From Eledone cirrhosa (Eukaryota): a DNA stretch of 64,000 nucleotides. The position numbers were made by a program, and so were the translations under genes. The DNA is taken from positions 85,622,001 through 85,686,000 of the forward strand of contig OZ024742.1 in NCBI GenBank assembly GCA_964016885.1, read 5' to 3'. The notes below the pieces were generated by a model. That model ran no database searches and was not told the origin of the DNA. It saw only the letters and a program-made list of their open reading frames with translations. Numbering within the stretch: the first letter of the stretch is position 1; the number at the start of each line of letters is the position of its first letter. Shown here piece by piece: positions 13,738 through 28,194 of the stretch.

Positions 13738-16660
13738 ATGATTCATAGAAACTATACAGAATACTTAATACATAATATTCTATAAACCAATAAATAATTA
13801 AGATGATATTAGCTTGGGAAGAAACATGCTGAATTATACGCATAAACATTATCAGACATTCAATTTACATCAATTTATTCTCAATTATAATAAAGTTATT
13901 TTCAATGTTTTTAAAACCGATATTTTGTATGATTGAACTGCAACTGCCTCTTTACAATTAACAGTAAATATTTTAGTGACGAATGGGTTCATAGTAGATA
14001 TTGTTTAATGTGAACTACTTCGGTTTTATGCATCAACATTGTATTCTGATAATGATATTTCTTTTCTTCTCCGTGGAAAATTGTATAGTATGATACGAAA
14101 TGAGAAAACTTGAAATAGAATGTGTTAAAGTATTTAATTTTGTTTTGAAAATAAATATTTAATATCAATTTAAAAAGTAAAGGCTGATAACATTCTTGAA
14201 GTTGATCAAATGCACGCAATCAAAAATCTGCTACTTGACGCAGAAGATATTCACGTTATGAATAATTGTCGGAATATACATCCATCAATGAGCACGTCAG
14301 TAGCTCTCTTGTGAAAAAACACATTTAAGCTAAATGTTGAATGAATGAAATTAACCACAATTTCTCAGTTGTTAGTGTCTGCATGAATAACATTGGGTAA
14401 AACCCATGGGATGGACTGTAGCTGTTCATTTTATCCCACAAAATACAAGCATTTATATTGATCACACATGATCTATTTTTGTTAGCATGCTAATATATCT
14501 ATGTGTACGTAATTTGATTTACCTAAAGCAAATAAAACAACACTGCAGACAACCTACTGATTGTTAGAACGCATGATTGGTTTGAAACATTTCGCATTAA
14601 AAACATAAAATTCCATTATGCAAACAGACTAATTACATTATAAACAGACAAATTACATGCATAAAGATAACAGTATTCGGAATTGTTTCGTAGTATTTTT
14701 ATTTCTCTGGATAATCTGCCAATGAAGGTGGAGTGTAGATATAAATAGGCCAAGTAAATTTAGTGTTACTTATAACATCAGTATATAATATTTCAGTTAC
14801 AATATACATGATAGGGAAATATGCATATTACTTCCAATAGTCTCTGATTCTATTTGGAAGTCTATATTAATAATCTTGTTGTTTTTACAAAACAACGCAT
14901 TGATATAATCGATAAAATACACTTAAACATCCTAATGTATGTTTACAGCTCTTTCATACAAGTATACAAGTGTTTTGTAGATAAAATGTCTGATTGCTTT
15001 TAGGGTAAACATGATTGTATTATTCATAGCATTACAACTTTACGAGTTGTCTAAATATAAGGGAATGCTAGACTTGAAATAGGTAGTAGTATTGGGTAAT
15101 ATAGCGTTCGTTTATTAACAAATCTAACATTCATATATATAACAAATTAATTTTGCTGAGCAATAAGAAATGAATTGTGATACAGAATGTCATTTTTTAT
15201 GTAATACACCGTGAAAGTACATACACGTATATATATATATATATATATATATAAATATATAATTTAAGCGAGATCGAATTTCGGCAGTGGTGCGAAAACA
15301 AAGCAAAACGCTATATCCGAGATATGCGGCAAGCGCTTCATGGGCTAAAAAAAGACCAGAGCAATAAACATAGGTTATACAGGCCAAACAAACTGAGAAT
15401 GGCGATCAAGAAGGCATCAGCCTTCTAAGACCCCCCCCCCCCCAAAAAAAAAAAAGCAAACGAAGCAAGCCAAACAGGTCAAACAAAAAATATTTACCTG
15501 GACCCCTGGAAATGATGGTATAATCCAGTAATGGATTTCTGAAACACCTTAATCAAATACACTGCCTGCTTCCATATTAACCTTTTGGTATAATGATCGA
15601 ACAAGGCTGCCACTTCGTCAACAGTTATTTTGTTCTCAGCCAGCATGCGGGATTACTTCAGTAGTAATATGTAGTACTGAAACCCCACGTGTATTACTCT
15701 GCAAGGGAGGTAACCCAATTCTTGGCAGATGAATTCAGCATGTATAAAATTAATGCAACAATTGCAAAATTTTCACAAATCGAATTAAGCTATCGTCCTT
15801 ATTTGTTTCTATAGAGTTTCTTTTTTCATTCTTAATCTCTCACAACATTACGTATCAAATATATAATTTCCGTTCCACCATTTTAGGGGTGTGAAATAAT
15901 AGATTAAATTATGATGGGCACTATTTTATTAACGATATAAGAACGTTCGATGAAGCCTCTCTCTAATCAGTTAATTTCCGGTTAGATTTAAAACCTTGGA
16001 AGTTTCAAATGGTAGCTTTAAAAAAGAATCGGAAATTATTTATAACTCAAATCAATACATAAGAAGATGCTTTTGTGACCAGTGTAGAAAATCAGCAAAG
16101 TATTCTTTCCACAGTAGAACTACATACGCGTTTCTAACAGCGGGCATTAACGGAGAAATCAAATAACGAAATTCGCAGATGGTCTACCAGAATGATTTAT
16201 TTGCTCATCTAAAGTTGAATTGTAGCTTAACCATCACATCGTTCGATGCCGTAACATTAGGCGATTTTACTTATTTTGCTGCGACATCTCGTGTTGGCTT
16301 GTACAATTGTTAGAAGAAGGACTTATATACATGCTTCCTACTTTGCTCAAATGGCATCTTTCAGATTTTTATTGGAAAAACGTATACTCCTACAAGCTGA
16401 CACGAAACCGAACCGCTTTCAGCTCTAACATGCAGAAAACGCTGAGTTTCGGCAGTCTGCACTCCGTTTAATTGCTGCTGTGTGATGAGGGAGTCTCCTG
16501 AAATTGGATACGATAGGTTCCGCATATCTAGTGCTGAAATTCTTAGTCGCCTTTGGACGTCACAGTAGTTGAAAACAGATGAAAAAAGAAACAACAACAC
16601 AACACTGGAATTATAAACGAAAATGGCTTCTTGAATAGCAGCGTGTGAAATTTTATAAAT

Positions 16661-16700
<40 letters not shown>

Positions 16701-16918
16701 TAAGTCAAAAATGTACATCCATATATGTATACTGAAATACTAGCATGCATATGAATACACACACGTATACATATATAGATGTACCAAGTCTTTCACTGGT
16801 TACTTTACTGTGAGTATCCAGCTATTCTGTATGTAAACACACAGACAAACCGGTTTTTAGAGTCATACTGGTTTTTGAGGAAACACCTTTCCTCTATTCT
16901 CCAGAAAGCCAGACAAGG

Positions 16919-16963
16919 AATATTGAACTAGTTTCGTTGTTGTTACAACTCATCAGCAATATT
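16919..16963 (-). ncRNA. Type I hammerhead ribozyme (family E, inverted copy)
   Basis: Reverse complement of the 17472-17516 motif. Confidence 0.85.
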
Positions 16964-17471
16964 TACCTATCTACCGGCCTTTCTGGAGAATCGTAAAAGT
17001 ACATATCGTTATATGCTTTTTCTATGAAAATTAGTAGTGGGCAGACTAATTTGCATAGAGTGTGAGTACGTACCGGTTAAACGGAGACGATAAAAACAAA
17101 TAACGAAACGAAATTAAATTTCGTCTGTGTGTTTACATACAGAATAGCTGGATACTCACAGTAAAGTAACCAGTGAAAGACTTGGTACATCTATATATGT
17201 ATACGTGTGTGTATTTATATGCATACTAGTATTTCAGTATACATATATGGATGTACATTTTTGACTTAATTGTTTAAGCGTCAGTCATACAAAAGTGAGT
17301 TACAAACGAAACGAAATTTAATTTCATTTCGTTATTTGTTTTTATCGTCTCCGTTGAACCGGTACGTACTCACACTCTATGCAAATTAGTCTGCCCACTA
17401 CTAATTTTCATAGAAAAAGCATATAACGATATGTGCTTTTACGATTCTCCAGAAAGGCCGGTAGATAGGTA

Positions 17472-17516
17472 AATATTGCTGATGAGTTGTAACAACAACG
17501 AAACTAGTTCAATATT
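17472..17516 (+). ncRNA. Type I hammerhead ribozyme (family E)
   Basis: AATATTG-CTGATGA-GTTGT-AACA-ACAAC-GAAA-CTAG-TT-CAATATT: perfect 7-bp stem I, 5-bp stem II, palindromic stem III. Confidence 0.88.
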
Positions 17517-17937
17517 CCTTGTCTGGCTTTCTGAAGAATAGAGGAAAGGTGTTTCCTCAAAAACCAGTATGACTCTAAAAACCGGTTTGTCTGTGTGTTT
17601 ACATACAGAATAGCTGGATACTCACAGTAAAGTAACCAGTGAAAGACTTGGTACATCTATATATGTATACGTGTGTGCATTCATATGCATACTAGTATTT
17701 CAGTATACATATATGGATGTACATTTTTGACTTAATTGTTTAAGCGTCAGTCATACAAAAGTGAGTTACAAACGAAACGAAATTTAATTTCGTTTCGTTA
17801 TTTGTTTTTATCGTCTCCGTTGAACCGGTACGTACTCACACTCTATGCAAATTATTCTGCCCACTACTAATTTTCATAGAAAAAGCATATAACGATATGT
17901 GCTTTTACGATTCTCCAGAAAGGCCGGTAGATAGGTA

Positions 17938-17982
17938 AATATTGCTGATGAGTTGTAACAACAACGAAACTAGTTCAATATT
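17938..17982 (+). ncRNA. Type I hammerhead ribozyme (family E, second tandem copy)
   Basis: Identical motif 466 bp downstream. Confidence 0.88.
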
Positions 17983-18324
17983 CCTTGTCTGGCTTTCTGA
18001 AGAATAGAGGAAAGGTGTTTCCTCAAAAACCAGTATGACTCTAAAAACCGGTTTGTCTGTGTGTTTACATACAGAATAGCTGGATACTCACAGTAAAGTA
18101 ACCAGTGAAAGACTTGGTACATCTATATATGTATACGTGTGTGTATTCATATGCATACTAGTATTTCAGTATACATATATGGATGTACATTTTTGACTTA
18201 ATTGTTTAAGCGTCAGTCATACAAAAGTGAGTTACAAACGAAACGAAATCTAATTTCGTTTCGTTATTTGTTTTTATATATATATATATATATATATACA
18301 TATTTATATATATATATATATATA

Positions 18325-18462
18325 TACATTATGAAGAGAGAAGAAACATTTAGATATAATTAGTAATAAAATGTATCATACCTAAGGAATTTAGGAACAG
18401 TTTAGGTATGATACATTTTATTACTAATTATATCTAAATGTTTCTTCTCTCTTCATAATGTA
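18325..18462. repeat. Perfect 61-bp inverted repeat with 16-nt loop
   Basis: 18325-18385 is the reverse complement of 18402-18462. Confidence 0.85.
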
Positions 18463-18617
18463 TTTTTAACTCTGATACTGGTTCAGTCTAGTTCAAACTG
18501 AATTGGTCTGTCCCAGTCATTCATTGAGCAACATCGGTGAAGTTGGCACCCTTAACTCACAGTTGGGTGCGGATGCATTCATGTATATATGTGTGCGTCC
18601 GCATGTATCTGTGTGTT

Positions 18618-18721
<104 letters not shown>

Positions 18722-18855
18722 GAAGTTATATTTAATTTGTTAGGATTCAACAAGCTTAAAAGTTATATAACTGATATAAAACACTAAAAAGATTACTGGA
18801 GTAAATATCCAATATATTAATAAATGGAAACTATATTTATAAATCAAATGTTGTA

Positions 18856-18916
18856 TTTTATCTGATGAAAGAACACCAAAACTGCTTTATTTGCCCTTGA
18901 AATATATATAATAAAA
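18856..18916 (+). ncRNA. Hammerhead motif in family A fold-back element (18718-18960)
   Basis: TTTTAT-CTGATGA-AAG...CTT-GAAA-TATATA-TA-ATAAAA. Confidence 0.65.
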
Positions 18917-19219
18917 TAATTATGTTTTTATAAATATATTTTCCATTTATAAATATATTATATACATATATATATATATATATAGTGTCTGTAATTGCGT
19001 GCGTTTGTGTGTGTGTGGGAGTATGTGTCTGTATTTTAGAGTGGGGGTAATAAGGTCTAAATAGCTAAATACACCTAGTAAGAGTGGTTTGCCTGAGTTC
19101 AACTATATTGAGAGAAAAACTAATTAATATATAGTTCTCTTTTCACACGAATTACTTCATCAACCTGAATGGTGAAATACAATTTAATCTACAGTATACG
19201 ACAAACATAACCGCGAAAT

Positions 19220-19632
<413 letters not shown>

Positions 19633-19639
19633 GCGTAAG

Positions 19640-21028
19640 AAGGAACAATATAGGTTACACTGGGAGATCCAAGTTAGTGGCTAGATCGTATAAGGGTAAT
19701 AGAATACCATGTGACCTCTGCGCCCTGGAAATATTCTACGCCAATGACCACATCTTAAACAAAAAAATCTGAGGCTATTTCGGCTTGTAAACATAAATTG
19801 CACAAAACTTTCCTGTATTACAACCCCACATTATACCCTAACGGATAGTACAAACTATACGCGGATAATTTACGTCTTGATATGGTAGCTAAGTATATTT
19901 TATGTTTATACCATTAATTGCTTGTATAAGTAAGTATATATGACATGTATGTTTTGTGAAGGTACGTATACTTTATCGTACGTATATTTGCTTGTATTTG
20001 TTATAGGCGTATATTATATATGCTGGTAAGTGTGTATAAGGTTATGTGTATACGTAAGTTTTGCGTTTGTGTGTGTATGCGAGTTTGCACGTATGTAGGT
20101 TGTGTATAGGTGTACGTTGTGTACGTTTGTGAACATATGTGTATTTACATGTAGGTGTGTGTGTGGCCCCGTTATATACGTATTTGGGTATATTATGTGC
20201 GTATATTTATATACGTTTATATAATTATATATATACGCACGCACACACACACATATGTATATATACCTTTTTATATATGTTTTATATGTGTTTGGTGTAT
20301 ACGTTTGTATGTGTGCGGGTACAGGCGTTGTGTGGGTTTTTGTATGTGCGCGCGTGTTTTTTCTGTACGTCCCGGTATTTGCATACCCATAGCGGGTGTT
20401 AAACGCGTATGCATGTGTATGTACGTATATGGATGCGTGCACGTATATATTTAATTATTGTTGATTTCAATAACCTCTGTAATTTATTTACATTATTCTT
20501 AACTCTGAAGCCGAGAACCATTCGGTTTCCTAAATATAATATTAGTCTACGACTTCATTTATACCATAAACGTGGTCTTGTCTTTGTGTGTAATTGTTCT
20601 CAACGCTCCACAATAATGACGTATTACCTTCGGTTTTTCCGTTCATTGCAAGGGAACCTCTCCACGAACCATCTAATAGAATATTAGTCTACGACTTCAT
20701 TTATACCATAAACGTGGTTTTGTATTTGCGTGTAATTGTTTTCTGCTCCAAATAATGACGTATTATCTTCGTCTTTTTCCGTTCTTTGCCATGGAACGTT
20801 TCCTGACTTCCTTTGGTTGCACCATTTTTCGAAATATTCACTTCTGCTTTGAGAGATCGATTTTTTTTAGTTTCAGAAGTTTCCGTTAAGGGTTAAAGCA
20901 ACGATTCTTTGCTTAAACTTTAATCTGTTATTTTATTAAATCATTGCTCTACGGTTCTTATATATTTGATATATATTTATACCTATCGAGCCCTCTTTGG
21001 ATTTTAGTCTTCAAATTTATTATTATTG
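19640..21028 (+). mobile_element. 5'-truncated Naiad-like PLE: endonuclease C-terminus plus 3' UTR/pLTR
   Basis: YRLHWEI..ARSYKGNRIPCDLCALEIFY..LNKKSEAISACKH (frameshifted) at 19645-19840; 20500-21028 homologous to reverse complement of 46511-46920. Confidence 0.75.
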
Positions 21029-21032
21029 CTCT

Positions 21033-21126
<94 letters not shown>

Positions 21127-21564
21127 CACATGTATCAGGCTTGCGACAGATCAGTCTTAAGATACTATCTTAGGAGAAGTGATTTTAATTTCTGGGTGCC
21201 TACCGTTGATCACAGAAAATTGATTACTCCACTAATAATTATTTTATAAATAGGTGTTCCGTAATTAATTAATTATTTCATTAGTATAACATCCCTTGTG
21301 AAACAGGTTTATGTTTTAAAGTTCTGCCCGATCTGCTGAAAAGGTTTGAATTTTGAAATTTAAACTTGTCTAGGCACCAGGCAGTTGCCATTTTACGTCT
21401 GTAAGTATAGATTTAATATTTAAAATTCTCTAGATCGATACAGACGGACTATATGTACTTGAATTAAGGTATTTCTATCTGGCTAAAAAATTATTGTCAT
21501 TTTGCAAAAAAAAAACACATTAGTGTTGATCATATATTTTTGAATTTTTAATTTCTAAATTGTA

Positions 21565-21595
<31 letters not shown>

Positions 21596-21767
21596 TATTT
21601 ATATTTGTATGTTTATTATTATTATTATTACGAAAGAGGATATATCATCGATATACACACGAATAGACGGATTATGAGCTGCCTATATTATGCAAGTAGT
21701 TAAGAAAAGGAAAATATCTTAAATATTTGTGGAAACCTCTATGAAATAATTGTTTTTTTTTTTTTTG

Positions 21768-21940
21768 CTTTTGGCACAAGGCCAGCAATTATCCCAGTTT
21801 ATTACAGGTACATTATCTTATCGACCCTGTAAGGATGAAAGCAAAGTTAACCTTGGCGCGATTTAAATTCAGAATGGAGAGGGCTATAACTCATTGCGTC
21901 AAAGCATGGCGCCCGACCCTCTACCGATTCTGCCAATTCT
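21768..21940 (-). mobile_element. tRNA-derived SINE
   Basis: TTTTGGCACAAGGCCAGCAATTA...CTCTACCGATTCTGCCAATT homologous to other copies. Confidence 0.8.
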
Positions 21941-22069
21941 CTGATGAATAGTTTGTGTTTTAAATTGTATAACGCAATTTGTTCAGTTAACATGCAAATT
22001 ATTAGTTAATATTGATATTGATGTATATACAACTTTTGTTCTGATTCACGTATATATTCATATATATAT

Positions 22070-22138
<69 letters not shown>

Positions 22139-22154
22139 AATATGTGTGTATATA

Positions 22155-22381
<227 letters not shown>

Positions 22382-23399
22382 TTATTAATTTGCTAGTCAT
22401 GTAGAATCGTTGAGTGAATACAAGCTAATTACATCGTCAGGCAACATTGAAATATTTACTGCTACAAGACATCGATAATCTTAGACTTATGAGATTCTTT
22501 TTTATCTCTTTCAAAACAAACAACGTTAGTTGGGAAAATACATAAACATAAATCTTTGCGAATACATTAATATTACAATGAATGTAAATGCCCACTCACG
22601 TCTTATGCGAGCGCACACAGACTCACACTGCCACGCTCACCCACTCATATACACACATACTAAAAAAATATCTCTCTCAGACATAAACACATGTACAACC
22701 ACACATCCTAACATACACACTATATAAATTGTTATGCGGTTGTTTATATATATGTGTGTGGGTGTTCGTCTGTTTGTGTGCATGTTTAGTTATACTGTAA
22801 CTGTAGATATATCTCATGCATTTCAATACTTTATCCCCATTTTAGTCGATGTACTTATTGACAGGAACATATATTGATTTTGTAAATAGTTATATGCTAT
22901 AAATGACAAGTATATATTACACTTATATTGAAATATGTATTATGGATAACATTTTTCTATAAACTACTGTCTTTATTAACCTTTATCAATATAATAATTT
23001 TTAAATAGATTAATCTTAAAGGGCTGTTTATATATAAATATTCCAGACTTTGAGAACTCAATATCAAACACTATTTTATTAATTACATATCATGATACCA
23101 AAAATAATTAATTATTTTGTGTTGCTTACTTGTTCTTTTGTGAGTTAAAAAAAATTACAGAATTCACGTTCTGTATTCTGAAATGGTTTAAATGCTGGTG
23201 AAGCATCGATTGCTTACCCACAATATTTGCTGCATGTTTTTTCTTTTGCTAGCGAACAAAATGTCATAACTATCATCAGGTTAAGTATGAGTTAAAATTG
23301 TTGATAAATGCATTGAGAAGAAGCCCACATATCATGACTCTGTTCGTATATATATACACAATGTATTGCATTAGAGATATTGCTTAACAACCATAGTTC

Positions 23400-24222
23400 A
23401 GTGATGCAACAACAACGTCCATCCGTAGGGCCATGCAAAGAGAAGGACATGAATTACAATTAGCTAACTAGGGGCACTCACTACGCGGACAATTATCTAG
23501 TAGACGAGCTAGAGCACACAACAGACGCTGCACGTGGGCCAACTGCCTGATGAAGATATATGCCATCAAGCATACGTCGTATAAAGTACCCAGTGTGATG
23601 TGACAACTTCTATATATGACACACCACCAGACATCTACACATCAGGATTAAGGAACATATTAACACTAATGATTCCTCATCAAAAAAAAACAATTAGAGA
23701 AATGCAAAAACACCATCAAAACAATAACAGTTAAGGTTGAAACAAAAGAAGGCAATCTCGGCAATCTCATAATTTAGGAAGCATTAATCATAGCCATAAT
23801 ACACCTGAAAATCCATAATTGGCTAGAGCTAAGCATACAATACCTTACATAGAACTAGACACACAACACATAATATATATAAGTGTGCTTGCGTGTGCAT
23901 ATTTACATTTATGTAATACCTGTGCTAGGTCGAGAAATGAAATTCAAATTTTATTTTTAATGTTCGGTAAGGACATCTGTAACTAACTCGGTATGCAAAT
24001 GAAGCTACTCAGCCGATGTGTAATTAAGAAAATACTATATTTGTTAACTGTTCAACGGATTGGCAGAAGTATACAGTCCTGATGAAGGGCAATGATCCAG
24101 AAACATGTGATTGTTCCTCAAGGCCCGTGTTGAACAAACTGTTGACAAGTGGTCACCGGCATGGCACAGCTTCAAATCGGACAGTTTGTTTACAAACGAA
24201 TCGAACATTATTATTAATGTTC
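23400..24222 (+). mobile_element. 5'-truncated PLE with decayed GIY-YIG domain (Nematis-like, clade uncertain) and family D pLTR
   Basis: CTWANC..CHQAYVV..CDNFYI*HTTRHLHIRIKEH..EALII across frameshifts; HHR motif at 24073-24114. Confidence 0.65.
24073..24114 (+). ncRNA. Hammerhead motif lacking the cleavage-site nucleotide
   Basis: ACAGTC-CTGATGA-AGGG-CAATGA-TCCA-GAAA-CATG-T-GATTGT. Confidence 0.6.
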
Positions 24223-24224
24223 CA

Positions 24225-24412
24225 AAGGGCGGTGAATTGGCAGTATCGGTAGAGGGTCGAACATGCTTTCCAGCATAGTTACGTTCCTTTACGTTCTGAG
24301 TTCAAATCCCGCCGAGGTTAGCATTGTCTTTCATCCTTACGGGGTCGATAAAATAAAGTACCAGAATGTACTGGTTAATTGCTGGCCTTGTGCCAAGAGT
24401 GGAGACAATTAT
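24225..24412 (+). mobile_element. tRNA-derived SINE (octopus-type)
   Basis: A-box-like TGGCAGTATCGG, B-box GAGTTCAAATCCC, then CATCCTTACGGGGTCGATAAAATAAAGTACCAG body. Confidence 0.8.
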
Positions 24413-24491
24413 TAATATGCAATATAACCCATACGTACATGTATATATGTGTGTGCATGTATATATATATATATATATATATATAAATATA

Positions 24492-25455
24492 TATTTAAAA
24501 GAATAGCGGTGTAACACACTAGTTGTGATATATTGGTAAAAGGAAAAGAAAATTCTGACAAATTATTCCCAGTGAAAAATAGTTTAATTAAGAATAAGCA
24601 AAAATTAGTAATACGTATTGGTTAGTATTCAGTTTTGTTTTAAGTTTTTACCGGTTGCGCATTTCTAATGCTTTTCAAAAATAATTTTGAGATAGAGCGC
24701 CCGTGATGTTTGCTCTAATCTGATTAGTTTTGGAAATTCTACCTGTTCTCCGTATAAGAGAAGAGCTGAAAAATAACTTTTAACATGTTAAAATATCCCC
24801 CACACACGTACAGACACATTCCTACTGACCGATCCCTCTACCACGAATTACTCTGCTACACACACACACACACTCACACACAAACTTGTCTTAATAGGCA
24901 CCTGAACTGTTGACCTTTCAACATCACTGCAATTCATACACACATCCCTACTGACCATTATCACAACAATGAACCCCTTTACTACTACTACACACACACA
25001 TATTTGTCTTAAAAGACTTATTTTTCAGTGACTTCTCAATCAGCCGAGACAAACCTACATTTGGGGCAAAATCAATTTTTAACATTCACATGACCTTTAA
25101 CGACCAATCAAAATTGTTATGACCACAAGAACTTTTGCAACACGAATTGGCGCGAAACTTATTTTAATACATCTGGAGCCACTTTTTTCATATAAAACAA
25201 GTAGAATTTCCAAAGCTAATCAGATTAGAGCAAACATCACGGGCGCTCTATCTCTAAATTATTTTTGAAAAGCATTGGAAATGCGCAACCCGTAAAAACG
25301 TAAAACCAAAACTGAATACTAACCAATACTTATTACTAATTTTTACTTATTCCTAATTAAAGTATTTTTCACTGGGAACAATTTGTCAGCATTTTCTCTT
25401 CCTTTTACCGATATATCATAACTCGTGTGTTACACCTCTATTCTTTTAAATATAT
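24492..25455. mobile_element. ORF-less fold-back derivative of the Neptune-like pLTR (family F)
   Basis: Arms about 24492-24748 / 25198-25455; homologous to 52168-54935; variant HHRs at 24646-24681 (-) and 25262-25297 (+). Confidence 0.8.
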
Positions 25456-26565
25456 ATATATAGTTGTTTCAATGTTATGTGAGAGCCAACATTGTATTTT
25501 ATGTCTCAGCATCGAAATATTGGATGTCGTAGGAAACTTTTAAAATTTACTAGACATAATAGATAGAAACTGTAACAAATGTTTAATCATGGCTTGTTCG
25601 ATTCATCCACACTTTCTACACATGAAAGTAAGATAATTTCAATTGGCAAACAATATTTCAGGCATTTCATGAAATAATTATTTATATAATTTGAATAGTA
25701 ATAATTTATTAGTATGTTCTGCACCCTTGGTCGAATTGGGCATTAAAATATGTCAATATTCGTAAACAATTTTATTTGAATAATCAATTCATACTTACTT
25801 CCAACTTTGCCTCTCAGCAGTATTCACCATAGAATTACCTCTCCGTTCAATAGATGATCCTCGTATGTACTTCCGATATGAAAGTTGCCGGAACGTCAGA
25901 AGTATATCACAAACAAATATTTCTGTTTATTAATTGAATCAAATTATGCTATAAATTATTTCCATACTTCAACTATATTCTGTTCACTGAAAGCCTCTCA
26001 TTTTAATACAGAAATAATTTTAAGTCATTTTGATGTATCTAGATTTAATTTTAATAATATTATAAACCATGTGTAGAATCATGATTTTCCCTTCAGTTTG
26101 CGGTTAGTCCAACTACATTTCTATTTTACTATTATATAATTCTTACATTCGTATACACACAAATATAGAGCAACACTCAAGTGCATAAAACATACGCACC
26201 TAAACCTATATACTTATCAAAAGAAACTGTGTTTGAATGAGGATCACTAATACCACTAAATAACATTAATATATAATGATGTGTTCGTGTGTTTCAACTA
26301 ATAAACCTGCATTATTGCCACTGTCCGTGAGTCTGTGTATGTGTGTATGTATCTGTGGATTCTTGATATATACATATATATATATATATATATTGAAAGG
26401 ATAATAGCATTTTAAGAGGATCCGTCGAGCTGCCGATTATTGAGTCTGGTAGGACCGATATAGATCGAACATTGAGCTGATCAGTGGCGAAAGGCGCGTC
26501 ACCTATCAATAAATGCAATGAAGGAATAATCAATCGTCCTTATTATCCTTTCAATATATATATAT

Positions 26566-26614
<49 letters not shown>

Positions 26615-26647
26615 TGTTAACGTTTTCTTGAAGCATTGTGAAATGTG

Positions 26648-26785
26648 TAAAATATGTAGTTTAGAAAGCCACAACAATGTAGATGGGAAATCTCGAGGTA
26701 AGAAGTGAGTGAGAAATAGGAGAAATAGGAGAAAACGTCTTACCTCGAGATTTCCCATCTGCATTGTTGTGGCTGTCTAAACTAC

Positions 26786-26793
<8 letters not shown>
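26648..26793. repeat. 56-bp inverted repeat
   Basis: 26648-26703 pairs with 26738-26793. Confidence 0.85.
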
Positions 26794-26835
<42 letters not shown>

Positions 26836-26840
<5 letters not shown>

Positions 26841-27210
26841 TTAAAGTAGTGACTATGTCACTACTTTAAAACAATAGCGTAAGGTGTTCAAAATGCTTTT
26901 AATTAAGCATACAGTGTATTTTTTTGCTGGGCCGGCAACCACTCTGTATAATAAGTTCCTGATTATTACTGGAATGCTATACGAATCCAACATTAATTAT
27001 TTTCAGCAAGCAAAATGACTGGTAAACTCTGAGGAGTACCGACAGTACGAACAGAGATCTGTCAGCTTATCTCCCTTTGTTTGTTGAAAAAAGTGACATA
27101 GTCACTACTTTAATAAGTGACATAGTCACTACTTTAAAGCAATAGCGTAATGTCTTCAAAATGCGTTTAATTAAGCAATACCGTGTATTGCCAAATACAC
27201 TATATATGCA

Positions 27211-27215
<5 letters not shown>
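26836..27215 (+). mobile_element. Family G pLTR-like element (partial tandem + terminal hairpin) with HHR at 27025-27066
   Basis: CTGAGGA-GTAC-CGACA-GTAC-GAA-CAGAGATCTG-TC-AGCT; homologous to 35535-35885 (-) and 60880-61150. Confidence 0.7.
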
Positions 27216-27287
<72 letters not shown>

Positions 27288-27582
27288 TTATTATCCTTTC
27301 AATATATATATATATATATATATAGAAAGGATAATAAGGACGATTGATTATTCCTTCATTGCATTTATTGATGGGTGACGCGCTTTTCGCCACTGATCAG
27401 CTCAAGGTTCGATCTATATCGATCCTACCCGACTCAATAATCGGCAGCTCGACGGATCCTCTTAAAATGCTATTATCCTTTCAATATATTAAACTCTGTA
27501 TAGCTCTACACCTCATCACGGAACCTAAACATCGAGTGCTCTCCCGGGTGAACCTGCAGTAACTCCTAGTTACACCCCCTGG

Positions 27583-27630
<48 letters not shown>

Positions 27631-27634
<4 letters not shown>

Positions 27635-28060
27635 TAGCAGAGGTACACGGCGTTACTCGGGTATTAAATACCAGTTATGTATAATATTTATGTCAATACT
27701 TCAGTGTTGCTTCGAAGACTATACTTTTAGAAAATCATCGGCTTTTCCCAAAAGGCGGTTCCTGCCCCCAGGTGTCGCCTACTCAATATGTGCCAATTCT
27801 GAGAGTTCACATTCATCTGTAGAACAAATGTAGTCCATGTGTCAAGTTTTGTGAAAATCGGTGGCGAACTCCAGAAGTTATGACGTATTTTTGCATTGCA
27901 CTGCAGTGCTTCAGTCGACTCCAAGGAAGTGGTTAAAAGGGGATTATCTGCCGGGTGGCCCTATAATCAATATCTGGAAAATGAAAGTGAACATGACCAT
28001 CCGGAGTGCATAAGTAACCTATGTCTTAAGTTTGGTGAAAATACTGTTGAAATGCATAAG
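27631..28060 (+). mobile_element. Probable non-autonomous Helitron/Helentron-type element
   Basis: Start ATACTAGCAGAGGTACACGGCGTTACTCGGG and internal TGTGTCAAGTTTTGTGAAAATCGG-type motif (twice) resemble invertebrate Helentron-associated repeats. Confidence 0.4.
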
Positions 28061-28194
28061 GTTTACACACACACACGCGCGCGCGCGCACGCACGTGTGT
28101 GTATGATTTGTGGGTGCGTATGTATAAGTACGTGTATGTTCGTCGGCGCATACGTATGTACTGGTCTAAATCTTCACTATTTACTATTACTATT

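Larger units (their letters stand above)
16697..18275. mobile_element. HHR-containing 466-bp tandem array with inverted copy (retrozyme-like, family E)
   Basis: Units 17123-17588, 17589-18054, partial 18055-18275; inverted copy 16697-17122; near-identical; no ORF; (TA)n flanks. Confidence 0.9.
26386..27490. repeat. Inverted pair of about 165-bp repeats enclosing further fold-back elements
   Basis: 26390-26555 is the reverse complement of 27325-27490 (both translate to IIPSLHLL..LLSFQY). Confidence 0.8.

Noticed and set aside
16478-16512. GTGATGA-GGGAGTCTCCT-GAAA motif, or an exon at 16365-16600
   Set aside because: Core mismatch, no stem I/III; no convincing frame or homology
23547-23556. 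CTGATGA as a hammerhead core
   Set aside because: Lies within the GIY-YIG coding relic with no matching stems or GAAA
24225-24320. tRNA gene
   Set aside because: A/B boxes present but no cloverleaf; it is the head of a multi-copy SINE
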